Translations under genes and position numbers: made by a program
Notes under the pieces: generated by a model
What the model was told of the DNA's origin: nothing
The model's database searches: none
What the model saw: only the letters and a program-made list of their open reading frames with translations
Origin: Camelus ferus
Lineage: Eukaryota
Direction: 5' to 3'
Assembly (NCBI RefSeq): GCF_009834535.1
Contig: NC_045698.1
Location: 7,690,001 to 7,754,000, forward strand
DNA: 64,000 nucleotides
Shown: in pieces, positions 24,692 through 37,004 of the stretch
Position numbering within the stretch: position 1 is the first letter of the stretch
How the letters are laid out: the number at the start of each line of letters is the position of its first letter

Positions 24692-27357
24692 GTTATTAAC
24701 TCATAGGTCTGCTCTATCTCTGACCTTTAGCAGGATGTTAGTAAATAGCAACAACAAGCCATCAGACGATTCTGCCTTATTATGTGGGAGACTGGCACAG
24801 CAGAGAGGGCATGGGGAACATGTGATATCAAGCAGCCACGTGATCCTGGACAAGCCTCCCTGGGCCTCAGTTTCTCCAGTGGCTCCTTTGTCTATTTCAT
24901 AGGGTTGTGGTAAGAATTAAATAACATATTGGATGTAAAAGTACTTTACAAACTGCAACCAGCCATTCAAATGTCAAGGGTTATTTAGAAACTCGAGGAA
25001 CACCTAACTTATTCAGAGTCCCCACTCCCTCACCCTTAATTGACACCTGGGGTTACAAAAGAGCGTCTTAAATGGGTGGCATGTTCAGCTCAGGTAACAG
25101 AGAAGAAGAAAAGAAGAAAATTCCAATTGGAGACAAAGAAGTGATTGGCAATGGGAAAGAAAAAGTGACAAGAATGAACAATCAGAAGCTCTTGGCTTCA
25201 CCATCTTATGTGTCAGGGATCTGAACGCTGGAAAGTCTCTTTGAAGGTGTTTCGCTGAGACAAAGAGGAAGAGCGTTGGTAGTAGGGACAATGGCCAGAC
25301 TTGATGTTTCTCTTCCTGATGTTCAAATAAACTGCTGCTTTCTGTTCCCCTTGAACTTGGTTGGTTTATTCTCCCCAAAGCTCACTAATTTAAATTGCTT
25401 ACTCATTACTTATCCCTGAAACACCTACACGAAACTTTAACAGCTGAAGTGCCTGCAAAGAAAAGGTTCCGGATAAAAGGGGACAAGGCACAGGGTGCAC
25501 GTAAACAAAGAGATGAAGCTGACACGTAGAGAAGGATCAGGGCCATACGAGCCATTTGCCCATGGGCCTCTGGCACCCATTGCTCTGCATGAAATGATTA
25601 TCTGTCCCCAGGCCTGTACTCTCCCACTAGAGAGACCCCGAGAGTCTGGGAGGAGACCACAGGAAAAGCATATATTCAATTCAAACGGTGAAAGCTGTAA
25701 TTTAAGTGTGTCTCTCCCCTTTCTCTAACTTCAGGGAGGATGGAAGAAAAGTGGGACAGGATGAGTAATAAATACACTTGCAAAGCAAACGCCTTCATCA
25801 CAACACATATCATATTTTGACAAGTTTTACAGGCTCCGAGCTACGGAATGGCGTAAAGGTCTCATTTGTCATTCTGTTGACTTTAATTAGGCTCACAAGT
25901 TTGACAATTTATTGCTATTAACGGTATTATTTTTTAAAGCCGCTATTCTTAACAGTTAAGTTCCTCCGAACTCACCCAGCTCAACTTCACACATTTTGAG
26001 AGAAGATACAAGCACATATTTTTGTGACAGTTTCAAGCACCAAGTCATCAGAGTGGCCATAATAAGATAGCGTAGAGCAATATCATATAAAAGGTTCTTT
26101 ATAAAATGGCTCATTCATAAATTCATAAAACATTTGAAAATGAGCCGAAAGGTTTCAGACTATGGAGACAGTTTTTCGAGCTCATTTTCAAGTGGAAATC
26201 TCCTTCTTCATGCTTTTGTTTGTTTTTTTCTGGGAGTTCTTTCTCATCTTCTTAATGTTTACACATGGATGCTTTTTGGATACGTGGACTTAATACACGA
26301 TCACTTAACACCCACCGTGTTTTCCCAACTGGGGCCACTAAGCGTGTTCAACTGCCGTGAAACAAGACTAGAGTGCCTTGTCACCAACATTGTCTGTTCA
26401 TGCTGAGCCCGATGGTGTGCAATTCTAATTTAAAAAGGGATTCAGAATGGGACATGAATAATATCATTAGGAGGGGAATCCAGAGCATAAAATTTCTTCA
26501 GATCATATGAAAAAGAATTCAGCTTTACCATGTTCTGCTTTCAGGTATCGTGACAGTAGAGCTGACACAGGCAGTAGAAAGAAAATTTAATACGTGTTTC
26601 CTATTGAAGAAATAATCTGATTATTAACAAAGGTGACAGGTCGCTGAGAGTAAAGTGAGTCTACTTTCCTATGTTTGTAGATGTCTGATGGATTCGGAGA
26701 TGCTGGAAAGGCTGAACTTCCTTCTCCTCTACTGTATTTCTTATCATGTTGCTAATGCACTGCTTTCTAGGGTACCAGTTGAGACTTACTGGTCTCTCTT
26801 ACTCTGAACAGTGTCTGTCTTTATACCCTTTTGTGGAATAAGAGGGATACACAAGCAAAACATCTGTGGTTTGTTCTGGGAGCTCAGGAGATAGAGAGGT
26901 CTGTGCCCCTCTGAGCATGAATGAAGGAACAGCCAGAATCTTGGAAGAGACTGAACTTAGGAGGCACCATGTCATGGGATTGACTGTATTTTTGCCAATT
27001 CAAAGATCTTGTTTGGGGAAACCGTTCAGAGAAAGAGAATTTCTGCACAGGTTTTGTTTTTTTCTTGTTAGATGAGACCTGTAGGGAATAAACAACAAGG
27101 ATTCAAATAAATCTTTAGCTGAAGTAGTCAGTTGCCAACATGATGAGATTGGAGGCATTTTTCGGATCCCAGGTCTCCTGTCTGACTCACCACAGAGCTT
27201 GCAATCATCTTCGTTCTCCCTCTCTTGGCATAAGTAGTGATTAGCAATCCTGCTTCTACATTGGAGTCATGTGGAGAGAAATTTTGAAAATACTGTTATC
27301 TCGGTTCCACCCTGGACTTATACAATCAGACCTCTATAGAAGAGGGTATAGACATTT

Positions 27358-27586
27358 TTTTAATTTAAATTTTTAATTGAAGTATAGTCAGTTACAATGT
27401 GTCAATTTCTGGGGTACAGCATAATGCCCCAGTCATACATATACATATATATATACATATTCATTTTCATATTCTTTTTCACTAAAGGTTATTACAAGAT
27501 ACTGAATACAGCTCCCTGTGCTATAAAGAAGAAATTTTTTAAAATCTATTTTTATATATAGTAGTTAATATCTGCAAATCTTGAAC
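27358..27586 (-). mobile_element. L1 3' end (camelid/artiodactyl-type) fused directly to the U6 3' end; TSD GACATTT at 27351-27357 and 27694-27700
   Basis: ttgaagtatagtcagttacaatgtgtcaatttctggggtacagc...tctgcaaatcttgaac matches the other young L1 3' ends in this window; the T-rich tail adjoins the TSD. Confidence 0.92.
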
Positions 27587-27693
27587 AAAAATATGGAACG
27601 TTTCACGAATTTGCGTGTCATCCTCGCTCAGGGGCCATGCTCATCTTCTCTGTGTCGTTCCAATTTTAGTACGTGTACTGCGAAAGCAAGCAT
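27587..27693 (-). pseudogene. RNU6: Full-length (107 nt) U6 snRNA retropseudogene, 5' part of a U6/L1 chimera
   Basis: Reverse complement reads ATGCTTGCTTTCGCAGTACACGTACTAAAATTGGAACGACACAGAGAAGATGAGCATGGCCCCTGAGCGAGGATGACACGCAAATTCGTGAAACGTTCCATATTTTT. By manual count this is about 12 substitutions from canonical U6, with the ACAGAGA box and AGC triad present. The upstream flank is MER5A sequence rather than a snRNA promoter. Confidence 0.97.
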
Positions 27694-30600
27694 GACATTT
27701 GATACTTTTTTTAGAGTACTTTAGGTGATTCTAATGTGCAGACAGATCTGAGAACTATTAGGTTATTTGCTTAATCTCTTTTGTTAAACAGAACCATCGT
27801 CTGGCAGAGGAAACACACGATGTCACACTAAGTCATCAAAATCATTTGCACCTTTGCTGGAAGCTTCCAGCAGGAGATGAGCCTGGGGCTGGGACAGGAG
27901 GTTGAGGTTGATGAAAAGTGAACAGGAAAGTGAGCAGAGGAAGATGCCAGTGATTCTGGGATGTCAGAGGGGCTAGAACATCAAGGTGAAGATCAGAGCT
28001 GACGATGAAGCAGATTTGAAATGAGAGGGAGAGAAGGCCCGTGGAGACATAATTCATTTATTGCACACTTTTGCCAGGGCCAGCTAATTACTGGAACAGG
28101 AAATGGGGTTGGGGAATGAAGAAAGGAAGATTAATCTAGTACTTCCTGGTTCAGAGGTCAGATGATGCAGTTCATTGCGGAGGCTGAAAAAGCCATGGGC
28201 AATTAGTCTCAAAATTTGTTTGCCTGTGGTTATACCACCTAGAGAAAACCACCCAGGATCTTTTTTTATTTTCAAGGGAATGAGCAGTCATCATTAGTGT
28301 ACTATAGTCCAGTAGTAAAAAAGAAATTTTCTTTTTGCTTAAAGTAAGGCTCTTTTTAAAAAATGCTTTTTGGAGTATGGTCCTCAATTTTACAGTTCTG
28401 TGTAGCTAAACCATTCTAGGAGTCATTCAGTGCAGGTTGGCAATTTATTTCACAAAATACAACAGCGCTCAATTGTAATGCCAAGTTGAAATGAAGGGTT
28501 CTGTGGACCCTGCTAACAGCTAAAAATCACGAAGTGCAGTCATAAGCAGCATGGAGCCAAAAGCTAAAATATAAAGAGTCCTGTTCTCCTGATGAGGAAT
28601 TTCAGAAAATTAGGACTGTGTATTTCAATAATGTGCTTGATTGCAGATAAATTTTTTATAATGTCAACTCAACGAGTTCTAGGTTTCATCTGTTTATATT
28701 TCTCCAAAATATAGAGTAGGTCATTGAAAGTAGTGATTTAAAAGTGCATCTTTTAAAAATTAGCATCTCTGAAATCAGGATATGTCTTAAAATAAACAGG
28801 GTCTTATATTAGAAGAAATAGGGTTGCCCTGCTGGGCTTTACCAATCTCCCCTTTGCTCCATGTGCAGGACCCATTATTTCCAAATGCTGTGACATATCC
28901 TTTTCATTGACTTCTGGTGGTAGCATTTCTTGGACGCAAGGATGCTGGACCCTGATTCTTCAGAGGATAACAGCTGCCCTGGGTCCTGTGCTCTTGACCT
29001 TTGCCTTGATACACCTGCCATTCCTTGGTCATCACGGCACGTGCGTGAAGAGTAGCCCTGGACTGAAGATGTCCCCAGGTCATGGCAGGGAGAGACCAGG
29101 TGACTCTCATGGAAGTGCTCTTCAAAGAATGCAGCTGACCTCCTTTTTATGTTTCAGAAACACTTTACTCTGCCTCAGTTTAAAAGTTAAGAATTCTGTT
29201 AATGTTGAGGACACAAGATATAAAAGGCTTTCCTAGGAAATTTCCCTCTGTGGCCATCAGCTTCTGTTTGGTCACTATGATGGGACCATTTCTCTTGTTA
29301 AGACAGTCTGCCCATTATTTGATAGATAGCAAGTTCTCCCCAAGAAAGCATACATATTATTTAGCTTAAAAGGAGCTTATGTGTTCCCAAGGTTATCGGC
29401 TTCCTGGGGGCCATCTTCCTTGCAATTATCAAATGCCCAGAATTCAGGATTTCATGCTGCATGACTGTGGGAGTCCTGTCCCTCCCTTAAATATTGTGGA
29501 GGAACCCTGGGAGAGCTCGCTTCCTTTTTGTTTCACTTCTTACTTCCTAGTCCACATGCTTCTAACCGCATCCCTTATTTTCCATGTGCTGTCTTGGTGC
29601 TCCTCTCCAGGCTGGTGTAGCTCTCTCAGATTCACTCCATCTCACATTTGAACACTGATCCTTCCCTAATCCCCCCGGCAGGGCACCACTGGGGCAGTGG
29701 TGTTTAAAAAACCTCACTGAAGCTTTACGGGTGATATAAAGGGATTAGCATTCAGGAAGGACAACTTAAAATTGGATGCCAAGCCTTGTTACTCCTATAG
29801 TCCATCAGGCCCCTACAGGCTGTCTCCCTCTTTCTCTCCGTGGGCTGCCATTTTGCAAGGCCCAGTTCTCCTGCTTAAAGTCCTGTTCATCATTTCCTCT
29901 TCTCCCTGAGTCCCCAGGGCCACAGCTACCCCCACTCCCTTCTTCCCCCTACTTTCATCATAAAAGTATCTCAAAGATGTTTACAATGAAGTTAGCGTTT
30001 CACGTAAATAAGCAGAAAAGGTTATCATCTTTGTTTGAAGGATTGCATCCCAAAGTTCAAGGCTAGCACAAGGATGACAAATAGGTACTTGCCTTAAAAT
30101 TATTCAAAGAAGTCAAAAAGGAAGCTTTTCCCAAGAACAAATTCTATCTTTACCTTTACAAGCAGAGGAAGCACATTTCTGGCATTGTAACCAAATACCA
30201 ATTTGTTCCCAGTTCAGATTGTCAAAGGTTCAGAAACACTGGGGTCTGGTATGGGGCTTACCAACTGCAGGCTCTGTGTACTTTAATATTATGTTAATAT
30301 TATCAATATAATTATTATGTAATTATATTACTATATCATGTTAACATATTAGTATTTCATTAAATTAATGTGACTATATTTACTATTAGATTAAAATTAA
30401 AGAGACCTCTTATTTTGACTTGAAATAGTCTTCCCATTATTTGCCACATTTTAATTCTAGGTTTGCTTTATGAAATTAGGATTAGAACAAGTCAATCCAT
30501 TTTCTACATTAAAATATGATGAGGAGACTCTTGTCTCTTCAAGTCTTTTCAAGAAATTTAACCTAATGCTGTCACACAGGGCTTTGAGCTATTTGACACT

Positions 30601-31019
30601 TCGGTCACTAATCAAGAAAATGGAAACAGTTCAAATTAGGATTTGGGAATAATCAGAATCTTAGAAGCGAGGTCGTCTGAGGCCAGTTTATTGATATTCC
30701 TTTCACAATGTCCTTGAAAATGTAGAACTTTTTGTTAAAAAAAAAAATTAAAGATCTATTTCGTGAAGAATTCTACTGCAGTCTCATAAAGCTCGTACCA
30801 CAACCTTTATCCTTTAACTTTGATAAAGGAAAAAAAGGAGATGCCTAAACTATAGCTTAGTAAAAGTTATTATAGTGCTTTCACATGATTTTGAACTATC
30901 TGAAATTTGTAAGATGTAAATAAAAGACTTTATGACTTTTCCTAGCTTGACAAAGACTACAGGTCCATAGGCTTAGGTAAATACACAATAAAGAGGGATG
31001 CCTATGGATCATTTATACA

Positions 31020-33420
31020 TGTGCTTAATTTTTTAAACTGTGGGGTTTTCTATTTATTTTTTGTTTAGTGATTTTTAGCTAAAATTGACCATATATATCT
31101 TGTAAGTTTGATGTTTTGAATTTTGTTGAGATGTTCTTTATAATACAGCATATGGGCATTTTTGGTAAATATTTCTCATGTGTTTACCACAAAGTTACGA
31201 GTAATGTAAGATAGTGTAGTGTAGTGTTGTTTATATGACAATTACTTCGTATTTGTTAATCATGTTGTTCCTATCTCTGTATCCTTTTGTCCCCTCATGT
31301 GTGTTATCAGTACCTAAGAGAAGTTGTTAAAAATCTCTATGATTGCACATTTGTTCATTTTTCCTTTTAGTTTTGTCAATTTTTGCTTTATATATTTTGA
31401 AGCTATGTTATCAGGTGCATACTATTTGTTTTATCTTCCTGGTGAATTGATCTCTTTTTTCATAAAAATGCCTCTTTTTATCTCTAGTAGCATCTTATTT
31501 TAAAAAACTACTTTAGTACTAATATACCAACAACAGCTTTTGGAGTGGGGGTCAATATTTATATGGTCTGTTTTTTTCTGTCCTTTCCTTTCAACTGTTG
31601 TATGTTCCTATGTCTCAAGTTAATCTCGTAAACAATATTAGTTAGGTTTTGTTTTCTTAATGCAGTCATAATATTTTTTTCATGGAAGTATTGGATCATT
31701 TTGCATTTAATATAATTACTGATATATTTTAATTTATGACTACCACCTTCTATTTGTTTTCTATTTGTCCCAGCTGTTTATGTTTCTTTTTCTGTCCTTT
31801 CTTGAATATTTTGAAATTTTCATGTATTTTTATTATTCTGTTATATTCTCTATCAGTTTTCTAGTTATATATTTTCTACTATTGTTTTATTCTCACTCTA
31901 ATGATTACAAGGTGCATCCTTAATTTATTAAAGTCTAAAATAACTTAGTAGTAATAAATTAGTAGTACTGTATTAGTCTACTTCCTGGACAATGAAAGCA
32001 CATCAGAAAACTTTAACTTTTAACATTTGTGACATAATTATCTTTTGTATTATTGTTATTGTATATTTAATTTTACTTGTATTTTAAACTTTATAAGACC
32101 TTATTGTTATTGCTTTATTCAGTTAGTTTTCATTTGTATTTATTCACATTTTATACTTTTTACCTTTTATTTTTTCCTACATTTCCATGCTTTAGGCCAA
32201 GATTATATTTCCTCTACCTGAAAAAAAATTCCTTTTAGGTTAATACAAGTCTTTTGGTGAAAAGCATTTATTTTATCCTCAATTTTGAAGGATATTTTCA
32301 TTGGGTGTTGAATTCTATGGTGGTAATTACTTTCTTTCATTACTTTAAATATGTCACTACATTGTGTTTTGGCTTCAGTCAATTACATTGAGAAGTCAAT
32401 TGTCCATCTTCTTATTTTGGGAAGATAATATGTTTTTTCCATTCTCTAGCTGCTTTTAAGATTTTTTCATTGGCTTTGGTTTTCAGCTGTGATGTGCTTA
32501 AATGTACTTTTCTATGTCTTTTTATTGCTTTTGTATATATTTTTTAAATCTGTGGTTTGATTTCTTTATCAGCTTCAGAGAATTCTCAGCTATTACTTCT
32601 TCAAACATTACTTCTGTCCTATTCTCTCTCTCCTCCGCTTCTGAGATTTGTTATACATATGATAGGCCTTTTCATCTGGTCACATATTTCTAATGTTATT
32701 ATCCCCTTTTCTATTATTTTCTCTTTTTTCATCTCTGCACTTCTGTCTGGACATTTTTTAAATGACATGTCTTCTAAATCACTAATTCTCTTTCTAGCTC
32801 TGTGTCATCTGCTGTTGAACTTCATCTGTTTTGATCATAGATTCAGTTAATGTATTTTTCAGATCTAGAATTTCTATTTGATTTTTATTTGCATAGATTT
32901 CATTTCTCTGATGAAGTTCTCCAAATGATCATCTATTTTCTTGAAACCTGTTAATAACAAAGTCCAGGCTTCTTAACTCCCCTTAACTTGGATCACCTGT
33001 GGATATATTTCTATTGTATTTTGTTCTCTTTGTCTTGCCTTTCGATATACCCTATCTCATGATATACCTTCTAAATTTTTATTGAGTGATGGAAATTCAC
33101 ATATATTTATACACATTATGAGAAATTGTAGAGGCTCTGGATAATGTTACTTTCCTCTGGAGAGGTTTTCCTTTCACTTCTGATAGGCAATGAGGGTAGG
33201 AACACACCACTTTTAGCCAACTGAGGATTGAATTGACTAGTCTAATTGATCAGTCTTTGTAAAGTCTGGTGTATTTCTGGGTATAGTCCATCAGGGATCC
33301 CAACTGAATACTTCTAATATTTTCTAGGACCTCACCACTTTGTCAAGGATTCAGTTCTAATTTTTATCTCCCCAACAGTATATCAATAGCTTTATTCAGT
33401 TTCTTACCTTTTGTAAGAGG

Positions 33421-33452
<32 letters not shown>

Positions 33453-33680
33453 GTCATCTTAGTTCTGCACATTTTTTGGCTGCACATCTCACAATCAGAG
33501 AATGTTTGTTTTGTTTTTTTGTCGCCTTAGTTCTGCACACTTTTTGGCTGCACATCTCACAGTGAGAGAATGTTTTGAGGGAAAAGTGGCTCAGACTATT
33601 GTGTTTAGTTTCCTTTACTTTCCTTCACTCCAGGATCTTAGTCTCTCAAGTACTGGCTTCTTCAGTAGCCCTGTGTATCA
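31020..33680 (-). mobile_element. Long ancient L1M fragment (ORF1/ORF2 5' region)
   Basis: T-rich degenerate L1 antisense motifs: tatattttgaagctatgttatcaggtgcata, ttgaaggatatttt, aattctcagctattacttcttcaaa, agatctagaatttctatttg. Confidence 0.75.
33440..33575. repeat. 68-bp tandem duplication next to (GTTTT)n
   Basis: gtc..cttagttctgcaca..tttttggctgcacatctcaca..gagaatgttt occurs at 33453 and 33521. Confidence 0.9.
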
Positions 33681-33689
33681 GACCTCCTT

Positions 33690-33872
33690 CTCCTTCCTCA
33701 TGTAAAGATGACAGTCACTGAATGTAGGGTCCCCTGTAAATCTAGGATGATCTCATCCTGATATTCTTAATTACATCTGCAAAGAATTTATTTCCAAATA
33801 AGGTCACATTCACAAATTTGTGGGGTTAGAAATTAGACATATCTTTTGGGGGGATACTCTTCAATCCACTGC
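33690..33872 (-). mobile_element. MLT1 LTR 5' fragment
   Basis: cttaattacatctgcaaag..tttccaaataaggtcacattcaca. Confidence 0.7.
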
Positions 33873-34260
33873 CCTCACACAAAAGTTTAGCAAATGACAA
33901 GACAACTATGTCAACAAATACGCCATCCTGTGCTGTGTTGGAAGAGCATGGTGTGTGCCTAAGAATTCCACCCTCCTCAGATTGTCTACAGCAACTTGAA
34001 AGTTTCTGATAGGAAATGTGCTGGGTAATAGTTCACTTCCTAGCAAGATTAGTTTAACTAGGAGGCTGCTCTCACATCAGCTGGAAGAACGTCCTCAGCC
34101 TCATCTGCTGAAGATAGGTGGTTCCTCACAGAGCTGGATGTGTTCCCCCACCTGCTGCACAGAGCAGTGATTTCATCCAAGAGGGAAATGCACAGGCAAG
34201 CCCCAGGCCTGGCTGAACAGCAAAAGCCAACCTCCCGCTTTATCTCTTATGAACACCTTC

Positions 34261-34945
34261 TGCTATGGGTTAATCTGTGTCTTTCCAAAATTCTTATGTT
34301 GAAATCCTAACCACCAATACCTGAGAAGGTAACTTTATTCAGAGACAGGATGTTTACAGAGGTAACCAAGTTAAAATGAGTCATTAGGGTGGGCCGTAAT
34401 CCAATATGACTGGTGTCCTCATAAAAAGGGGACATTTGGAAACAGACACACACACAGGGAGAATAAACAGTGAGCAAAGATGAAGGCAGAGGTGGAGGTG
34501 ATGCTTCTACAAGTCAAAGACCATGAAGGATTGCTAGCAAACCACCAGAAGCTGGGGGGAGGTATGGAATGGATTCTTCCTCAGAGTCCTCATAAGAAAC
34601 CAACACCGATGACATCTTGATCTTGAACTTTTGGCCTTCAGAGCTGTAAGCCAATAAGTTTATGTTGTTTGAACTACCCAGTTTGTAGTACAGTTGACCT
34701 TTGAATAATGCGAGGGTTAAGGGTACTGACCCTCCACATAGTCAAAAATCCACATATAACTTTAGAATTGGTTTTCCACATGGATAGTTGCACATCTGTG
34801 GATTCAACCAGATGCAGGTCGTGTAGTACTGCAATATGTATTTACTGAAAAAAATCCACGTATAAGTGGAGTCACAGCAGTTCTCACTCATGTTGTTCAA
34901 GGGTCAACTGTACTTCACGATGGCAGTTCTGGGAAAGAATCATAC
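34261..34945 (+). mobile_element. MLT1C-like LTR interrupted by MER8
   Basis: tgctatgggttaa..ttagggtgggccgtaatccaatatgactggtgtcctcataaaaagggg..accaccagaagctgg. Confidence 0.85.
34691..34910. mobile_element. MER8-like Tigger MITE with TA TSD
   Basis: TIRs CAGTTGACCTTTGAA / TTCAAGGGTCAACTG, flanked by TA at 34689-34690 and 34911-34912. Confidence 0.88.
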
Positions 34946-36847
34946 TTACATTTACCTTTTTCTATTTCTAAGAGTAATCCATTTTTTTTTCTCATCAGAA
35001 TGAATGATACGGCAAAGTAATAAATGTTCAGAAATGTATAGGAAGAGCTGTATTTCCCCCTCTGTACATCTTTCAGTCATTCAGGTTTATTTTTCTGATA
35101 TGGCAACATGTTATCATTGTTGACAAGATGCTAGGGACTTGCCAGGTGCTATTATTCTACTGACTGTCACCCAAACATGTGGTTCTCACATCTCCCCAAC
35201 AAGGAAGGAAGGAAGTGCTTCATGGTGCATTTGTAATTCTGGAGGTTAAGAAATTCTACCAGGTTTGAAATGAGGGAATTTTGCACAGTTCAGGTCATAA
35301 ATTAAATTACCAAAACACTCCAAGGCAATCTCATACTGCCAAAGATAGGTTTGCCAGTAGAGAGGTAAATAATTAAAACAATCCAAATCTTGATATGTTA
35401 TTTATTGAAAATCGGATTCAGGCAAGGCTTGCAGTGGGTTATAGTTGCTTCCAGAATAAATGACAAAGTGAATGCACTATCTGTCATCCCTGAAAGTTAA
35501 TAAACTATAGCTGTGAAAGAGCTGACATGGAGATTCAAAAGAAGGAGGCACAGAACTGGAGATCTACTTGTGACACCGTGGTGGAGTTAGAAGTGTACAT
35601 CACTGCACATGATCAGTTCCTTCATATACAATAAAAAGCTGCAAAGACCTTTCAGGGAGTCTTTTATCTGCACCTAGATTTCAGGACCTGATGTGTCTCT
35701 GTTACCTTCAATGATTACATCAGTTCTAACATCTGTTTGGCGTATGGACAGCCATGACCAAGGAAAAATCGGAAATTGAGGATCAGGAAGACTAGGAATC
35801 AGGTGAAACTTTCCTCTCACTATTTCATTTCCTCTATTTTATTTTATTTTTGGGGGTGGAGAGGGAGGAACTTAATTTTTTCTTAAGTGGACAACAAAAG
35901 GACCATAAGATCACTTTGAGAATTCAGGAGTTAGGGTGTTGGATTGTGCCTGTTGGGGGTTCCAGAGCCCACTTTCAAATAATGACCAAAAAAAGCCTGG
36001 TGAAATTATTGGTGCCGTACAGACTTGATGAGAAACAAGCCAGTTTCTGAGATCTGAGGGGACCGGACGTGTTCGCACAGCGCTACCTCAGGCAACAGGG
36101 ACACTCCCTCGAGAGGGTCGGTTCAGAGACCCTGCCCTGCCTCTCTCCCAGGCTTTTTCTGAAGGAGGGGTGCTTCCCTCTGTGGTGGACACATCTTTAA
36201 ACTCAAGCACAGAGAACCCAGAACAATATAAAACTGTCCCTCTGTGTCACTCACCCATTCCATCTCCATCTAGATAATGATTTGCTATAAGCATTTTAAC
36301 ATAATTTCAATCATTACATGTTTTCCTATGTTGTACCTGGTGATGCCGGGCCAGTGGCTAACAATTCCTCGCCAGTCCTTAATCACACCTTTTAGCCAAA
36401 GATAGGCTTTGTTTCTCATCTTGCCTTAGGCTAAAGTGCATTTTGCTTGTTCAGTTTCCTCTCATGCTGCTAGTTAGGCTAGGCTGCAGATCCTGACAAA
36501 TGATATTGTTCTAGAAAGAAATGTCTTGAGAGGCCAAATGGAACCTAAGCCTGAAAGCATCCTTGCTGTTAACCATCCTTTTACACCTGTGGGTTCACTG
36601 ATCTTCAGGAAAGTTAAAACAGAAGATTTGTGTTTACAACTTCAGGGCTCCATCTGAAAGCCCATCATTAGAACAATGCAAACATCCTGTTCTATGCTAA
36701 TTTTTGTGCCCGCAGGCGGAGCGGCCCCCCGTACTAAGCCTGCAGTAACTCCTACATGTCAAAAATATTCTCTACTTAAGTAACAGTTTAAACTGCTGTA
36801 TCAAAAATTATTTGGAATTCAGAACTAAACTGAAAAATCCCCTTTTA

Positions 36848-37004
36848 GGGAGAGGGTACAGCTCAGTGGTAGAGCGCGTGCTTAGCATGGACGAGGTCTT
36901 AGGTTCAATCCTCAGTACCTCCGTCCAAAAAATTAAATAAATACATAAACCTAATTGTCTCCTCCCCCCAAATACAAAGATGAAAGTAATTTTTAAAAAT
37001 AAGA
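36848..37004 (+). mobile_element. Full-length vic-1-type tRNA-Ala-derived SINE with A/B boxes, 15-bp TSD
   Basis: gggagagggtacagctcagtggtagagcg..ggttcaatcc; TSD aaaaatccc(c/t)tttta at 36833-36847 and 37005-37019. Confidence 0.92.

Larger units (their letters stand above)
27235..27760. mobile_element. MER5A-like hAT MITE split by the U6/L1 insertion (halves ~27235-27350 and ~27701-27760)
   Basis: Left half acattggagtcatgtggagag..aaaatactg..ccaccc and right half ggtgattctaatgtgcagacagatctgagaactatt are typical MER5A motifs. Confidence 0.7.

Noticed and set aside
27587..27693. Functional U6 snRNA gene
   Set aside because: About 12 substitutions, fused to an L1 tail with TSD, and the upstream flank is MER5A rather than a PSE/TATA promoter.
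36848..36920. tRNA-Ala gene
   Set aside because: It is followed by a SINE body, A-rich tail and TSD, and related copies occur elsewhere in the window, so it is a SINE.
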